From the NCBI RefSeq assembly GCF_006345805.1, contig NC_043007.1, positions 73,718,001 to 73,782,000 of the forward strand: 64,000 nucleotides of DNA. The letters are read 5' to 3'. Below the pieces are notes generated by a model that saw only the letters and a list, made by a program, of their open reading frames with translations, had not been told where the DNA came from and did no database searches. Origin of the DNA: Octopus sinensis (Eukaryota). The position numbers were made by a program, and so were the translations under genes. The stretch's first letter is position 1; each line of letters starts with the position of its first letter. Below are positions 1-12,565 of the stretch, piece after piece.

Positions 1-1326
1 CAGAACGTAACGGCAGACGAAATACCGCTAAGCATTTCGTCCGGCGTGCTAACGTTTCTGCCAGCTCGCCGCCTTTAATTAGTTAAGTACCAGTTGCATA
101 CTGAGGTCGATATAATCGACTGGCCCCCTCTCCCAAAATTTTGGGCCTTGTGCCTAGAGTAGAAAATGATATTTACGTTTTTACTTAGATGAAGGGGAAA
201 CGAAACATCACTTTTTCTAAGTCTGCTATGAAACATCATTCTCAGTTTTGTTTCTTTTATTTATGTAGAAGAGGTTGCAATCCTGAGTTATTATATTTTA
301 CGAGCTTAAGACAGTATCATGATGCTGCTTTTAGGACGGAAATTATCATTATAGATTTGATCCAGCAGCGGCCATAAAAGTATTAATTTTTCTGATGATG
401 AAGGCCAGTCTGTAAAATTATCCAATGGAGTTCCTAAACAGCCATAGCTTTGGTGAAATATCCTTTTCCATGTTTTGATCTTGAAAATGGATTGTGCTGT
501 GTAATGCTCTTGCAAAACTTAAATGCGGTCAGTGGACTTTGCAATGTAACATGATTCAAACAACTCATAATCGTTGCAGGATCAAAAGCGACATTGTATC
601 AGAAAGTGAGGCATGATTGTGTGGTTAAGAAACTCGTTTTGCAACCACGTCGTCTCGGGTTCAATCCCACTGCGTGATATTTTGGGGAGAATGTGTCCCC
701 CGTTACTCTGTATCCATCGCTTCCGATATAGGAAACGGTGAATAAAACAAGTACTGCAGTCAATTTAATTGACTAATCTCGTTCCCAAATTTCTGGTCTT
801 GTTCTAATTTAACTAATTATTAGGGATGTTTAAGATTGTTGTCTCAACTGAATGCGGGTTACTCTGGATGTCAAAACGAGATGAAACTAATAATTAAATC
901 AATCCTAGCTAGCTTTAATATATCCCTCGATTCTGAAACCAGTGGGATTGTCCTGAGACGATGGGAAAAGACCCTATGGATTCATGGTTTATTCTTGACA
1001 GCAACTCATTTGCTCCATCCGACATCCTTATTATTGGGGCTACTGCATTCGTAGCTGAACGGAATAAGACGCGGAAATACCATAATATATCGGCAAATTA
1101 CATTTTTCAATCTGTAGTTTTTGAAGAGTTCGTTAGAGAGCTTGGTCTCTGGCTATTGGCAGGGAGTTTTATTTTACTTCTTTGCTAAAATCTTGCGTCG
1201 CTGATGTGTGGGTGGCTGGCTGTTTCGCCATCTCTATGTCGCTGTGTCGCAATCATACGCGGTCATGCATTGAGTGTTTTGGTGCAGTGTATAATTAAAG
1301 ATGTGTCTACGTCTCTTTATCTTATA

Positions 1327-1757
1327 CTAGCAGCATAGCCCGGCGTTGCCCGGGTATGTAAGAGCCCCTAGTAGGCAACGGCTAATCCCAATCTGGTCCT
1401 TTCCCTCTAAGGAACGAAGGCGCATGTGTAGGTTGCAATGTCTTCTCTTCACTCGAATACTTCTGTGTATACAATGTTCCTAGCTGTCCCTTTGGGCGAT
1501 AAAACGGTCGAGTTGTGTGTCCCAGACAGAAAATGTGTTGCATATAAAAAGCTTAGATTCTCGACCCCATGTCGAATTTATCGATTTTTTCAGAACTGGG
1601 GGAACTTTTCAAAATTTTCGCTGCGTCAGTTTTGAATTATGACATTGGGCTATGTGTGTGTCAAGTTTCATCAGAATCGGTTGAAAGCCGTGGTCAGGAT
1701 GAGGGTACAACCTGACAGACACACAGACAGACAAACTGCTGTTTATATAGAGAGAGA
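1327..1757 (-). mobile_element. non-autonomous Helitron-like element
   Basis: 5' TC after A, 3' CTAG before T, GC hairpin CCCGGGCAACGCCGGG near the 3' end. Confidence 0.75.
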
Positions 1758-2120
1758 TATCTGTTTCTTAATTTCTATTTTCTTTACTCCTTTCCGTCTT
1801 CGGTGAAGGCGCGTATCCTAGTAAACCCAGGTGTTGCACTCACGATAGCAAGATTGTAGTTTTGTTTCTCAGATCGGGTAGAACGTTGTGTTCTTAAGCA
1901 AAACACTTCATTTCATTGTACTCAGTCCACTCAAGCTGTATATGGATGACACTGCGACGGACTAGCCCTCCAATAAGGAGAAATGTTGGCATGCTCGCTT
2001 AGCCAGCAGGGTAGCATCATTCAAAAGCTAAAACAATGCAAAAGTGCATTGTGACAAGCGATGTATAACAGCATCTGATAGCCTAGTCAGTCACGTAATC
2101 ACGTGATATGTATAATATAT

Positions 2121-2530
2121 TTGGATCTTTCTGGTTTGAACGGCAGTTTTTTCTAGCGGTGTCACATGAAATTGTTACCCATAATTATGACCCTAGTATC
2201 GATCTATTGCATTTCAATCTGTTTTAGGGTTAGGGGTGAGGGGAAGGGTATCTTTTTCTTCAGAAATGTAAATAAACCCTATCTATTTCTTAAACGAGGG
2301 ACATATTCATACGACACAATGTTTTCACATCAATAGACGTCAGTGATTGGTTGAAATTGCAGAAATTGAAGAAAAAAACAACAAATATTTTACAAACTAT
2401 AGAATTTTCTCAATAAAGCCAAGAGAAAAAGATGTTTTATAAACACATTCTACCAGTATACGAAGTTTAAAAGTGTTTAGTTACGTGGAAATTATTTAAA
2501 AAAACTGCCGTTCAAACCGAAAAGATCCAT
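2121..2530. mobile_element. MITE with TIR TGGATCTTT(T)C(T)GGTTTGAACGGCAGTTTT
   Basis: About 30-bp terminal inverted repeats in TA-rich flanks; reverse-oriented relative starts at 60788. Confidence 0.8.
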
Positions 2531-3789
2531 ATATTTAGTTGTATATACATTTAATGACAAAATTAATGAATCCAACTAAACAAGTGAAACTAAAGCTAAA
2601 CATACAGAATAACTTAAATTGTAATAAGTAATCCTGCGATGGACTGGTGTCCTATACATAAGGAACGTTGTGATCTTTGACGCTTATACGCCATGGAGTC
2701 CGAGTAGTTGGCCCTTATGATTCCTAGGACTCAAGACAACAATATCCAGAGGTCGATGATGATGGTGGTTTTCTGTTTTATTATGTTATTACTATTAATT
2801 ATTAGCAAGTATAGTTCTAAATTCTATAGTTTATCACTTAAGAACATGTTATTAGAGTTTATTTCAATAAAATGTTTTTTTAACGAAATAAAATTTTAAA
2901 AATCATTATCATGGGTGTGATTTCAATTAAAATTCCTTGCTGTTTTATACAAGGCAGCTTAAGTATTCATGTCGGAAGTATCGGAGAAGAGAGAATGTTA
3001 ATAACTACGGAGAAAATTACTGTAGGGTATTTGGTCTTCCGCTGACAACAATTGTTGACAGATAATTTTTGAATTAGTCATTACTGGAAGGTGCTCAGTT
3101 CGAATCAACAACATCTTAAAACTTCTTCCCCACCTCTCTCTCTCCCGCCTTTTTACTTTTGTCCTGGCCAAAGCAAGGATTTAAACTTCGGCATCTGTTC
3201 CCTAGTTTTACTTTTTACTCATCTGGCTATCTTTTCTTTCTTTCTTTCTTTCTCATCTCTTCTATTTTTTTTTCAGAAAGCTGCTCGTTATGCAGGCCAA
3301 GTTTAACACCACCGTTTAGTTTTTGGGTACGTTTAGTCGCAATGCAACCCGGTTTAAATATATATCACACCTCTCAATGCGCTATTTTCGGCGGCACATT
3401 TCCTTGGAAACTGTCTTTGCTTGTCAGGTGGAACAAAGTGCTCAGGCCGTTGTACCATATGGACAGGATTTTGAGAAGTTTTCTTGTGTTCATTAAATTT
3501 CATCGGGGCTGTATATGGGAAGTAACATAGGACTTAAGGAGATTCAATTAACCTGTCAGAACCCAACCGTTTTTATGCCCACTACACCTGACTACAAATG
3601 TGCTTCACACCTGATCCAGTTTGTATAGCTAAAAATATGGCCGAAACCATTCTTCTAGATATGTCTTTCCATGTCTCTCTAACAACGAAAGCATGTAAAA
3701 CTTAGTTTATCTTTTATGTGTTATAAATATCATTGTGATTTAACTGCTATGCAACTCCTTCACTTTGCTTGATAGCTAACATATTTGTA

Positions 3790-3920
3790 TTTAATTTGTC
3801 AAAATATTTTCTTCGCTTTGAGACCGCGACCTGTTCACTGATAAAACTTCGTGCTGCACGAAGTTTTGTCAGTTAACAGGTCGCGGTCTCAAAGCGACGG
3901 AAATATTTTGACAAATTAAA
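3790..3920. repeat. 131-bp palindrome (MITE-like)
   Basis: 65-bp arms centred on T3855 (...AAAACTTCGTGC-T-GCACGAAGTTTT...). Confidence 0.92.
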
Positions 3921-4169
3921 TTTATAAGTTGAAGTGAATCTAACGGTTTTTGTGTGTTTCTTAAATGGCTTATAAACATCTTCCACGCTGCAACTGTTTT
4001 CGTTCCAGCACACGATCTCAGATCAAGTCACTCGCTATGCAAGTACATCTCCTTAATAACATATTTGTGTTATTTTGATAGCATGGGAAACAAGAATATT
4101 GAGGTTTTGGAAATTTTATTGAGCTGTCATTCAATTAATTGTCAATAACCAGCTAGCGACAGGAGTCAG

Positions 4170-5200
4170 TATATTGTCTGATGCCCCAACTCGTAGTAAG
4201 TTTTTCCACTAATTTTTCTGTAAATCTTGAAAGACAATACATTGCTGACCTTAATGTCATCTCTACACCGATTGATACCTTATTTAAGTCGCCTTCATTT
4301 AACTCCCATGGGACTCTTCGAGGGATGTTCTGTTACTCGTACGCGTTCAGTATCTGTGTGGTTTTCTCATATACTTTCTCATAACTCAGGAGTAATCTAC
4401 AAACACGACTAACCCAGTGGCGTATGATGGTTGTTGTACTGGGTGTGCTGCTCCACCCAATGCCACCAAATTTCAAGCAGGGGTACAACAAAAGTTTTCC
4501 ATTAAGATTTGTGATTAAATTAATATTTGTAATGAATTTGCCATTTTCGATGTGTGTTCTGCGCACGCCTAGCACACCCGGAATATAAACCCTTGGACTA
4601 ACCCTATCGTAGCTATTGAGACCGAAAACTCCCTCCCTTTTCGCTCGTAGGCCTTATTCTTTTGTTTTCAGAAGTTGAGGGACAACTTGCAATTCGGAAT
4701 ATAACTCAGTAACGCACGAAATTTAACTGAATTATTGCAATTCTGCCCAAAAGACCACCATCGACAGACAAACTATATGGACTTGAAAGACTTATCTGTC
4801 GACGCTCTTTGATATTGGATCGCGAACATCTACAAATACTTCCCTGCGAATAATTAGGGATCTTATAGCTTCCCAGACGAACGCGACACAGATACCAACT
4901 TTGCAAGCAAAGATTGCTGTACTGAGGACAAATTACTCTGTGAGCTTTTACACAGTGATTACCTTCAAGCTTTCAAATGGTACTTGTAACTCCTGACACA
5001 AGCAATCAGCTGGTGTTAGACGTTGCTAATACCAAGATTCTAGAGACAGCTACATTCACTGTCGCTACAATCAAAGCTAAGTTCTAACATATTTATCAAA
5101 TATGCCAAGGTACAGCAACAAGTGGTTGACCTTGACTACCATTATTAACCAATTGTAGCATAGTTGTATACCACAATCTTCGCCTAGCAAGCGCCATATT
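4170..5200 (-). other. unclassified, probably retroelement-derived relic upstream of GTPBP2
   Basis: Minus frame 4575-4150 with one stop gives SSTPSTTT...RRVPWELNEGDL, loosely integrase C-terminus-like; PPT-like AAAAGGGAGGGAG near 4630. Confidence 0.25.
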
Positions 5201-6162
5201 TATGCTTCATACAACTCTCTGCGACCAGTGCTAAATAGAAAGTGGTCTAATGAAATCGAAACACGGTCGTTACTTCTATCAATTGGTTAAAAACCAAATC
5301 CACTCCCATATTACACCGAAGCATTTCAATTAATTTTATTGGAGTTACCTCCCTTGGTTTATTTATTTTCTTAAGTTTTTTTTAACAAACTTAGAATGAG
5401 TTTTTTTCCTATTAATTGCATAGATAATCTAAATAAATAAAGACTTTCAACTGCTTTATAACATATGTAAAACCCTACAGTCATTGTATTTAACATGTAA
5501 AAGTTCCTTTGACGTATTTTCCCCCGACCATATTGTCGATAACTTGTTATTGTAATAACCTTTATTGAAATCATCGTCTTTGAGGACTTCAATGTTCACA
5601 ATTCTTCTTGATACTTGCACTCATATACTGATGCTCCCGGAGCAAAAAACCAAATCTTGCGCAATAGTTCGCAATCCTTAGCTCTGCAACAATTGGTATT
5701 CCTCACCAACATACAGGCACCTCCCAACACTTATGTATTATGCAATCCAGCGACTATATAATTTAATATTTCATCATTGCACGATGTAAATGTTTTTATT
5801 AGTTTATTATCATCCAACCATGCAGAAGGAATTAGATATGACGCAATTTAATACGATATCATGCAATATAGTAGAGAAAGAGAGAAAGAATTGATGTTTA
5901 GAGGAGGTAAAGAGTTATATTCCTTGATTGTATTTGTTTGCCTACAGCAGCGCCACTGCGTTTCCCTCAACCACAATGGTCAGCTAAAATTATCATCGAA
6001 GACTCCTCCACCTCCACTTTTATTACAAGATATATATCACTTGTATCAGAAAGCGACGTACTTATGGATACAGTTCACCTGACTGCAACATCTATTCACC
6101 GTTTATACACGAATCAACGTCTTGATTACCGATTTATTAGGAGCAGGTAATCGACAGACACG

Positions 6163-6252
6163 ATGAAGAATCTGGAGGATTTCTTCGCATCGTCTTGTCA
6201 CCTAAGTGACAACAAAGCTCAAGTATCTTTAAATAGTTCCTTACCACCAGAG
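6163..6252 (+). CDS. GTPBP2: GTPBP2 coding exon 1 ([30 protein letters not shown])
   Basis: ATG 6163 with in-frame TAA upstream at 6148-6150; ends in conserved LPPE followed by donor GTAAAA; phase 0. Confidence 0.88.
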
Positions 6253-9200
6253 GTAAAATAAAACTAATGTTTTACTTTTATATTTCTCTCAACGTAGTAT
6301 TAAGATCGTTCTCTGAATTGTTAATGTTTAATAATTATCTGAGATGAGTTAATGTTAATAAGATTGTCATTTTGCGGAGTGAAAAATATCAAAATATTTA
6401 CATTTATCAGTATACATGTAAATATGTTATTGTTTAGTGCAGGTAGCCCCGATCGCACAGAGCTGTAAGAAAGACCAACAATCCGCGATCGTCTCATCCT
6501 TGATGTTTTGTTTTTTTTCGTATATTGTTAAATGTAAATATATTGTTATTTAGCTTTAGGGTAGCCCTGATCTAAATAAACTCAACAAGATCTACCCGTG
6601 ATCATTCCTTGTTTCAGGCCTTTTTCGTATATTGATAGATGTAAACATGTTATTTAGCTTCGGAATAATTCTGGTCTAGCCGATCTATGATAAAAACCAT
6701 TTAGCTGTAATCACTCTACCCGTGTCACTTTCTCCTTCCCGGAGTCCATATGAAATTAAAAGTGCTTACCTTGTCAAAAGTGCAGGTATTCTGCCCGGTG
6801 ATAAATGAAAGTGTGATTTGTATTTTACAAATGATTAACGGATCCTATATTTATAGATAATTGTTTAAATGCATCGTAGTGGATCTTCAATGAGTTTCAT
6901 ATCCACGGCGAAGTCGGGTGCGATATGCCATGAAGAAAAACTATTATTTAGAACACGTATTGTATTATTACGTTCATTTGTTTATCGCTTTAATTCTCTT
7001 TACGTTTGATACACTTTGTTAATAGCTAATCTTTGTTTACTTTAATTACTCTATATATTTAGATCCGATTGAAATACTCGGAATGACGAACTGGATACTT
7101 TAGAGTATCTAGTATTACACTCTACATTCGACTGTTTACGTTCATCACTGAAAACTTTCGTTCTTTAATTCGTATATTTGCGGAGGGGAAACGAAAGTAT
7201 AACAGAACAAACATTTTCAATAATAAAAGTGAATTACAGGAGAGTAGAGTACCGGCTTAGAAGAAACTATAAACGATCCAGGGATTTATAAATCATCCCA
7301 TTATTTGAGTCGGATCCTTCAAATGTTTCATCATTGCATAATAGCCAATCTTTGCTTACTTTAATTACCCTATATATTTAGATCCGATTGAAATAATCGG
7401 AACGACATACTAGATACTTTATAATATCTAGCATTTTGTAGTGTTGTATAATGTCTAATTGTATAATATAGTTAAATATTTTCACCTTTTGCTACACTTG
7501 AACTTTTAACAAGCTAAATACTTCTACTCCCTTGATGTCCCGGAAATTGAAAAAGAACCGGTCTTTCTTCTTTGTCCATCCATAAATACTTCATATAAAT
7601 GTCATTAATTTCCAAGAAAGTATACTGTGATTTGATGGAAAATTGGCTACTTTTTCTAGCAGATCGAAGCATCACGTAGTGGCTTGTCGCTGTGGCTCGC
7701 GATGTAAATATCAAATGTAGATGTAAATATTAAAACAAATTTTTATATCCCAAAATTAGGTTAATAGTCTTGTAGATTACAATATAATCAGATGAGGTGT
7801 CATAATAAATAGATCGTGTCTTTGTATATTGTCACTAATGTCAATGCAATTAAATGATATTATTATGCTGGATTTTCTGGGTTTAACTGATTAAGTAAGC
7901 CAAGACATCGACCCTCAGAATAGCTGAGACTTTCTCAGTTTATACGAGGTGGCGCTGAAAAGTTCCTGGCTTTTGGTAAACGAAAATACAGGAGGATCAA
8001 TTAATTATGATTTTGTTCAACATATTCCCCTCTCTAATTCAGACACTTATTGCAGCGGCCCTTCAGTTTATCCAAGCCCTGTAAAAGAACTCGGAAGGTC
8101 GGGCCTCCAATCAGGCCTTTCGCGACACTCTTAAAAAGCAAGGAATTTTGGTCAATATACAGTGTCACAAAAAACAACAAAAAAAACCCCAGGTGTAAAA
8201 AACGAATAAGAAAACAAAAATTTGTGCAAACGAGAGGACTTTCGGAAAATTTACAAGATCCGATTTTTCCCTCATAATTTCCAGGAAAATGTATTTTGAT
8301 GAAATTTTGTGGAAATGCTGTTCAAATGGCACAAATTGTGATTATAAAGAAATTTCCGGGGAAAATATTTTCCGAAGGGGTGGTGAGAGGAATTCGGAAA
8401 ATTTACACGATCCGTTTTTTTCCCCTCATAACTTTCAGGGAAATGGATATCTTTCAATGAAATTTTACAGAAGCACCTTTCAAACAGCATAGATTACGAT
8501 TATGAAGAAATCTGTGGGGAATATGTTCTCCGAAGAGGTGAGGAGAGGACAGTCGGAAAAGTCACACGATCCGTTTTTTTCCCCTCATAACTTTCAGGAT
8601 CTAGTTTAGCACTTAGTTACCAAAGTGAAAAAAGATCAGTTTACTAGGTGTAAAAAGACGTGTAGAAAACGAATATGAAAACAAAAATTTGTGCAAATGA
8701 ATGGGGTGGGTGGGGAGAGAACTTACGGAAAATTCACACGATCCAATTTTTTTCCCTCACAACTTTCAGGAAAATGGATATTTTTTAATGAAGTTTTTCA
8801 GAAAAAACTTTTCTCCCTATCCCTTCGGAAAACATTTTCCTCACAAATTTCTTTATCATCGTAATCTATGCTATTTGAAAGGTGTTTCTGTAAAATTTCA
8901 TTAAAAGCTAACCACTTTCCTGAAAGTTATGAGGGAAAAAATCAGATCGTGTGAACTTTTCGAAACACCTCTATCCTCACCCATCCCCGTTCGTTTTCAC
9001 AAATTTTTGTTTTCATATTCGCTTTCTCCACTTTTTCTTTTTTACACCTATTAGACTGTTTTTTTTTTTTTTTCTTGTCGTTTTGGTGACCAGGCACTAA
9101 ACTAGATCTTGAAAGTTATGAAGGTAAAAAACTGATCGTGTGACTTTTCCGAAATCTTCTCCCCACCTCTTCGGAAAGCATTTTACCCAGAAATTTTTTT

Positions 9201-12200
9201 ATAATCGTAATTTGTGCCGTTTGAACGGTATTTCTATAAAATTTCAGTAATATATATCCATTTTCCTGAAAACTTTCAGGAAAATGGATATATATTACTG
9301 AAATATATTGGATCTTGTAAATTTTCCAAAAGTCCTCGCCTCCCCCCCCCGTTCGTTTGCATTAACATCATGAAATATTACTCAATTTTTGTTTTAATAT
9401 CCATTTCCGACACATTTTTTTTTAACACCTAGTAGGCTTTTTTTTTTGTGATTAGGTTCATAAACTGTATATTGACCAGAATTTTTCAGCACCTCCTCGT
9501 ACGTGATCCCTTGACTTTCTAGACACAGCAACCTAGTTTACCTCAAACCACATATTACTTCTTAAAAACGGATATACTGGAGAAAGTGTTCCTGAGTGTA
9601 ATGAATGAAAAGATGGGATACATTTGGATGATATTTGTAGCAAGGTGAGCGGCCACACAGAAGCCTTTCCTCAGCTTGAAGTAAGCTGAGTTGTTCAACT
9701 CCAGAACAACTTTGATCAAACAGACCTATTTCTTCTAGTTGTAATCAGCCAATAGTTTTGTATACTAGGAAGTCTTTTGTTCAATATTTTCTTTATTTAA
9801 TAGGATAAAGGTATGATTTGAGGGTGATTTAGTTGCTACATTCTGCAAGTAAGCTTCCATGTGGAACTGCCAAACCAGCCAGCGTACATTAATAACATCT
9901 TACACAGGAAAAAATATTGCTAGGCAATGATTAAGGAGGCAGGAAAACAACCTTCTCTCTCTCCATCCTCTGTCTGTCTGTCTGTCTCTCACTGTCACAC
10001 TATTTATGCTTTGAGAGAGGTGGTGAATGTAAGGGTGACCTGCCTTCGTCTTTTGTTTATTTTCGTAAAGCTTCCTGTGATGTGTAGTATGAGTTACTAA
10101 GAAAAGGTATGATATGTTGTGAAAGGAAGGGCTAGCAGTGTTTCAGTTACATACATAGATAGACATACATAAGCTCCATTATAATAAGGATGTCAAAATT
10201 TGTCATCATTCATTAACCATTATTTTTGTAATAATTCTTTTTTTCTTTTGGCCATGTTTTAAAATAGTAGTTTTTGATGCAGAATTTGTGAAGTTTTACT
10301 CATCACAGTTTGTTAGAAATAACAACAGTATTCCCCTCAAATCACACCTTACCATCTTAGAAAGGGAAAGGGCAATATGGTTCTAGACAGTCATAAAAAT
10401 ACTAGATCATAAGTCTAATTGGTAAGGATTGACCTGGGGTCAAACAACAACCCACTTCAACATATTCAAAATTTCTCGCATTCTACATTAACACACAATG
10501 ACAAGTATTTCTTGTTGCAATAGTGAACTAATAATCAACTTTTATAATTCCTATTTTCTGCCCTTCTGCTCAGATTTAAATATAATTTATTTATAATTGT
10601 TACTGTTACCTAGTTTTATATGCCTTCCATTTTATTTTATGGCCTAGTATCTCATCTATAGTAAGACAGCTATCTGTATCCCTCTATCAAACTCTAACCT
10701 TTTGCCTGACACACAGCCACTTCTCTTGGGTCCACTCTCTCTCTCAGCTAAGAGGTCTTTTTCTTGCAAGTTACTTGGTGACTCTGCTGGCACTGCTACT
10801 ACATAAAAAGCACCTGTGCTGGTGCCATGTGAAAAGTACCTATATTGGTGCCACATAAGAAACACCCAGCACACCCTATAAAGCAGTTAGCATTAGGAAG
10901 GGCATCCAGCCATAGAAACCATACCAAAATAGACAATTGGAGTTTGTTGCAGCTCCCTGGTTGCCAGCTCCTGTTGAACCATCCAACCCATACCAGTATG
11001 GAAACTGGACATTAAATGTTAATGATGATGATGATGATGATAATGATGATGATAATGATAATGATGATGATGATGATGATAATGATGATGATAATGATGA
11101 TGATGATGATGGTGATTGAAAATATAATTGTTTTCTCCATTCTAGGTCGAAGAAGGCAATATCGAGTACAAGGTGAGTATGATGTACAATCAGTATAACT
11201 TGATATTATCTAGTATGAATGAGTTATGGATGAAATGGTTTAAATAAACCGTATTTGAACTTTGCAGCTTTGTTACAAAATTAAGTATAAACATCTGTAA
11301 TTGTCCTCTAAATATTTAAGGCATTCACACTAAAGCAACACCTATTTTCTCGCAAGGTGGATTTTTCTTTGTATTATATTGGAAAAAGGATGGATGTCTA
11401 CTATTGAGTTGAGATCTTTGTAATAGCAGGTATCATGAGTTTCCTTTGATACTTACCAATGGGGTGGGTGGGGGTGGAATACTGGATTTCAACAAATACT
11501 GTGTTCTTTGCTGGTACTGTAGATATATTGTCAGTCATGTTTTATACAAAAACATTTAATTTGATGTTGTTTATGTCATAAGAATTTAGACATGAAGTAA
11601 ATTGTTTTAATGATGGAACACAAAGCAGGTGAAGCTATAAATGAAATCATGTAAATATTGCTTTGGTCCAATGCTAGAACATCTGTCATGTTTGCAGAAG
11701 TTGTGGGCTCAAGTTCCATGGGAAACTTTCAACTTTTCCAAGCAAGGGATTTTTTTAACTCAGTATTTTCATGCTGTTCTTTATAGCTTTATCTACTTCG
11801 AGTTCCTTCATCAAAAATGATTTGTAATGATGGAAGTATTTAATGTAATTTGAATGTTTTCATTCCTGGATGATGTAAAGGCATGTATATTTTTCTAGCT
11901 GTCATTGACTTGCAGACAGTTCAAGCAGACCATTAATGGTATCATTCTCACTAAAGCGGCGAGCTGGCAGAAACGATATCACGCCGGGCGAAATGCTCAG
12001 TGGTATTTCATCTGCCGCTACATTCTGAGTTCAAATTCCGCTGAGGTCGACTTTGCCTTTCATCCTTTTGGGGGTCGATTAAATAAGTACCAGTTACGCA
12101 CTGAGGTCGATATAATCGACTTAATCCGTTTGTCTGTCCTTGTTTGTCCCCTCTGTGTTTAGCCCCTTGTGGGTAGTAAAGAAATAAGTATCACTCTCAC

Positions 12201-12525
12201 TAGTCTTGGAGGCTTTGTGAAGGCCATTGGCCTACTTCTTTCTGCCAAACCAATATTTAAAATATTATTTCAAATGGAGTTGACTGTTGATGTAGGCATG
12301 AAGAATGGAACCAGATAAAGGACTAAGCTTGAAAATTTTAACAAGTTGATAGCATAGAGCCATAAAATTTTAATTAGTTGATAGTGTAGTGATTAAAGAA
12401 AATTTAATCAATTTCTGTGAATGTGTGATGTTAGCTTTTAGAGAAGCCTTTTCTTCTACTATAGCCTTGGGCCGACCAAAGCCTTGTGAGTGGATTTGGT
12501 TGACGGAAACTGAAAGAAGCCCGTC

Positions 12526-12565
<40 letters not shown>

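Noticed and set aside
3330-3530. Minus-strand 50-aa frame (KFNEHKK...RGVIYI) loosely like a GIY-YIG C-terminus
   Set aside because: No GIY/YIG motif or adjoining RT found; similarity too weak to support.
4900-5200. Divergent head-to-head gene (AATATGGCG start on the minus strand; human GTPBP2 neighbours MAD2L1BP)
   Set aside because: The ORF from that ATG stops after 33 codons; the QELQVPFESLK segment only vaguely recalls p31comet and lacks a good acceptor; no further exons found.
9601-9650. Possible alternative first exon (ATG 9601, AAG/GTGAGC donor at 9645)
   Set aside because: The ATG frame ends in phase 2, incompatible with phase-0 exon 2; the phase-0 frame has TGA at 9606-9608; no homology.
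10937-11198. Poly-Asp and poly-Met ORFs (also 18715-18948, 40370-40702, 47386-47583)
   Set aside because: Translations of (GAT)n/(CAT)n microsatellites.
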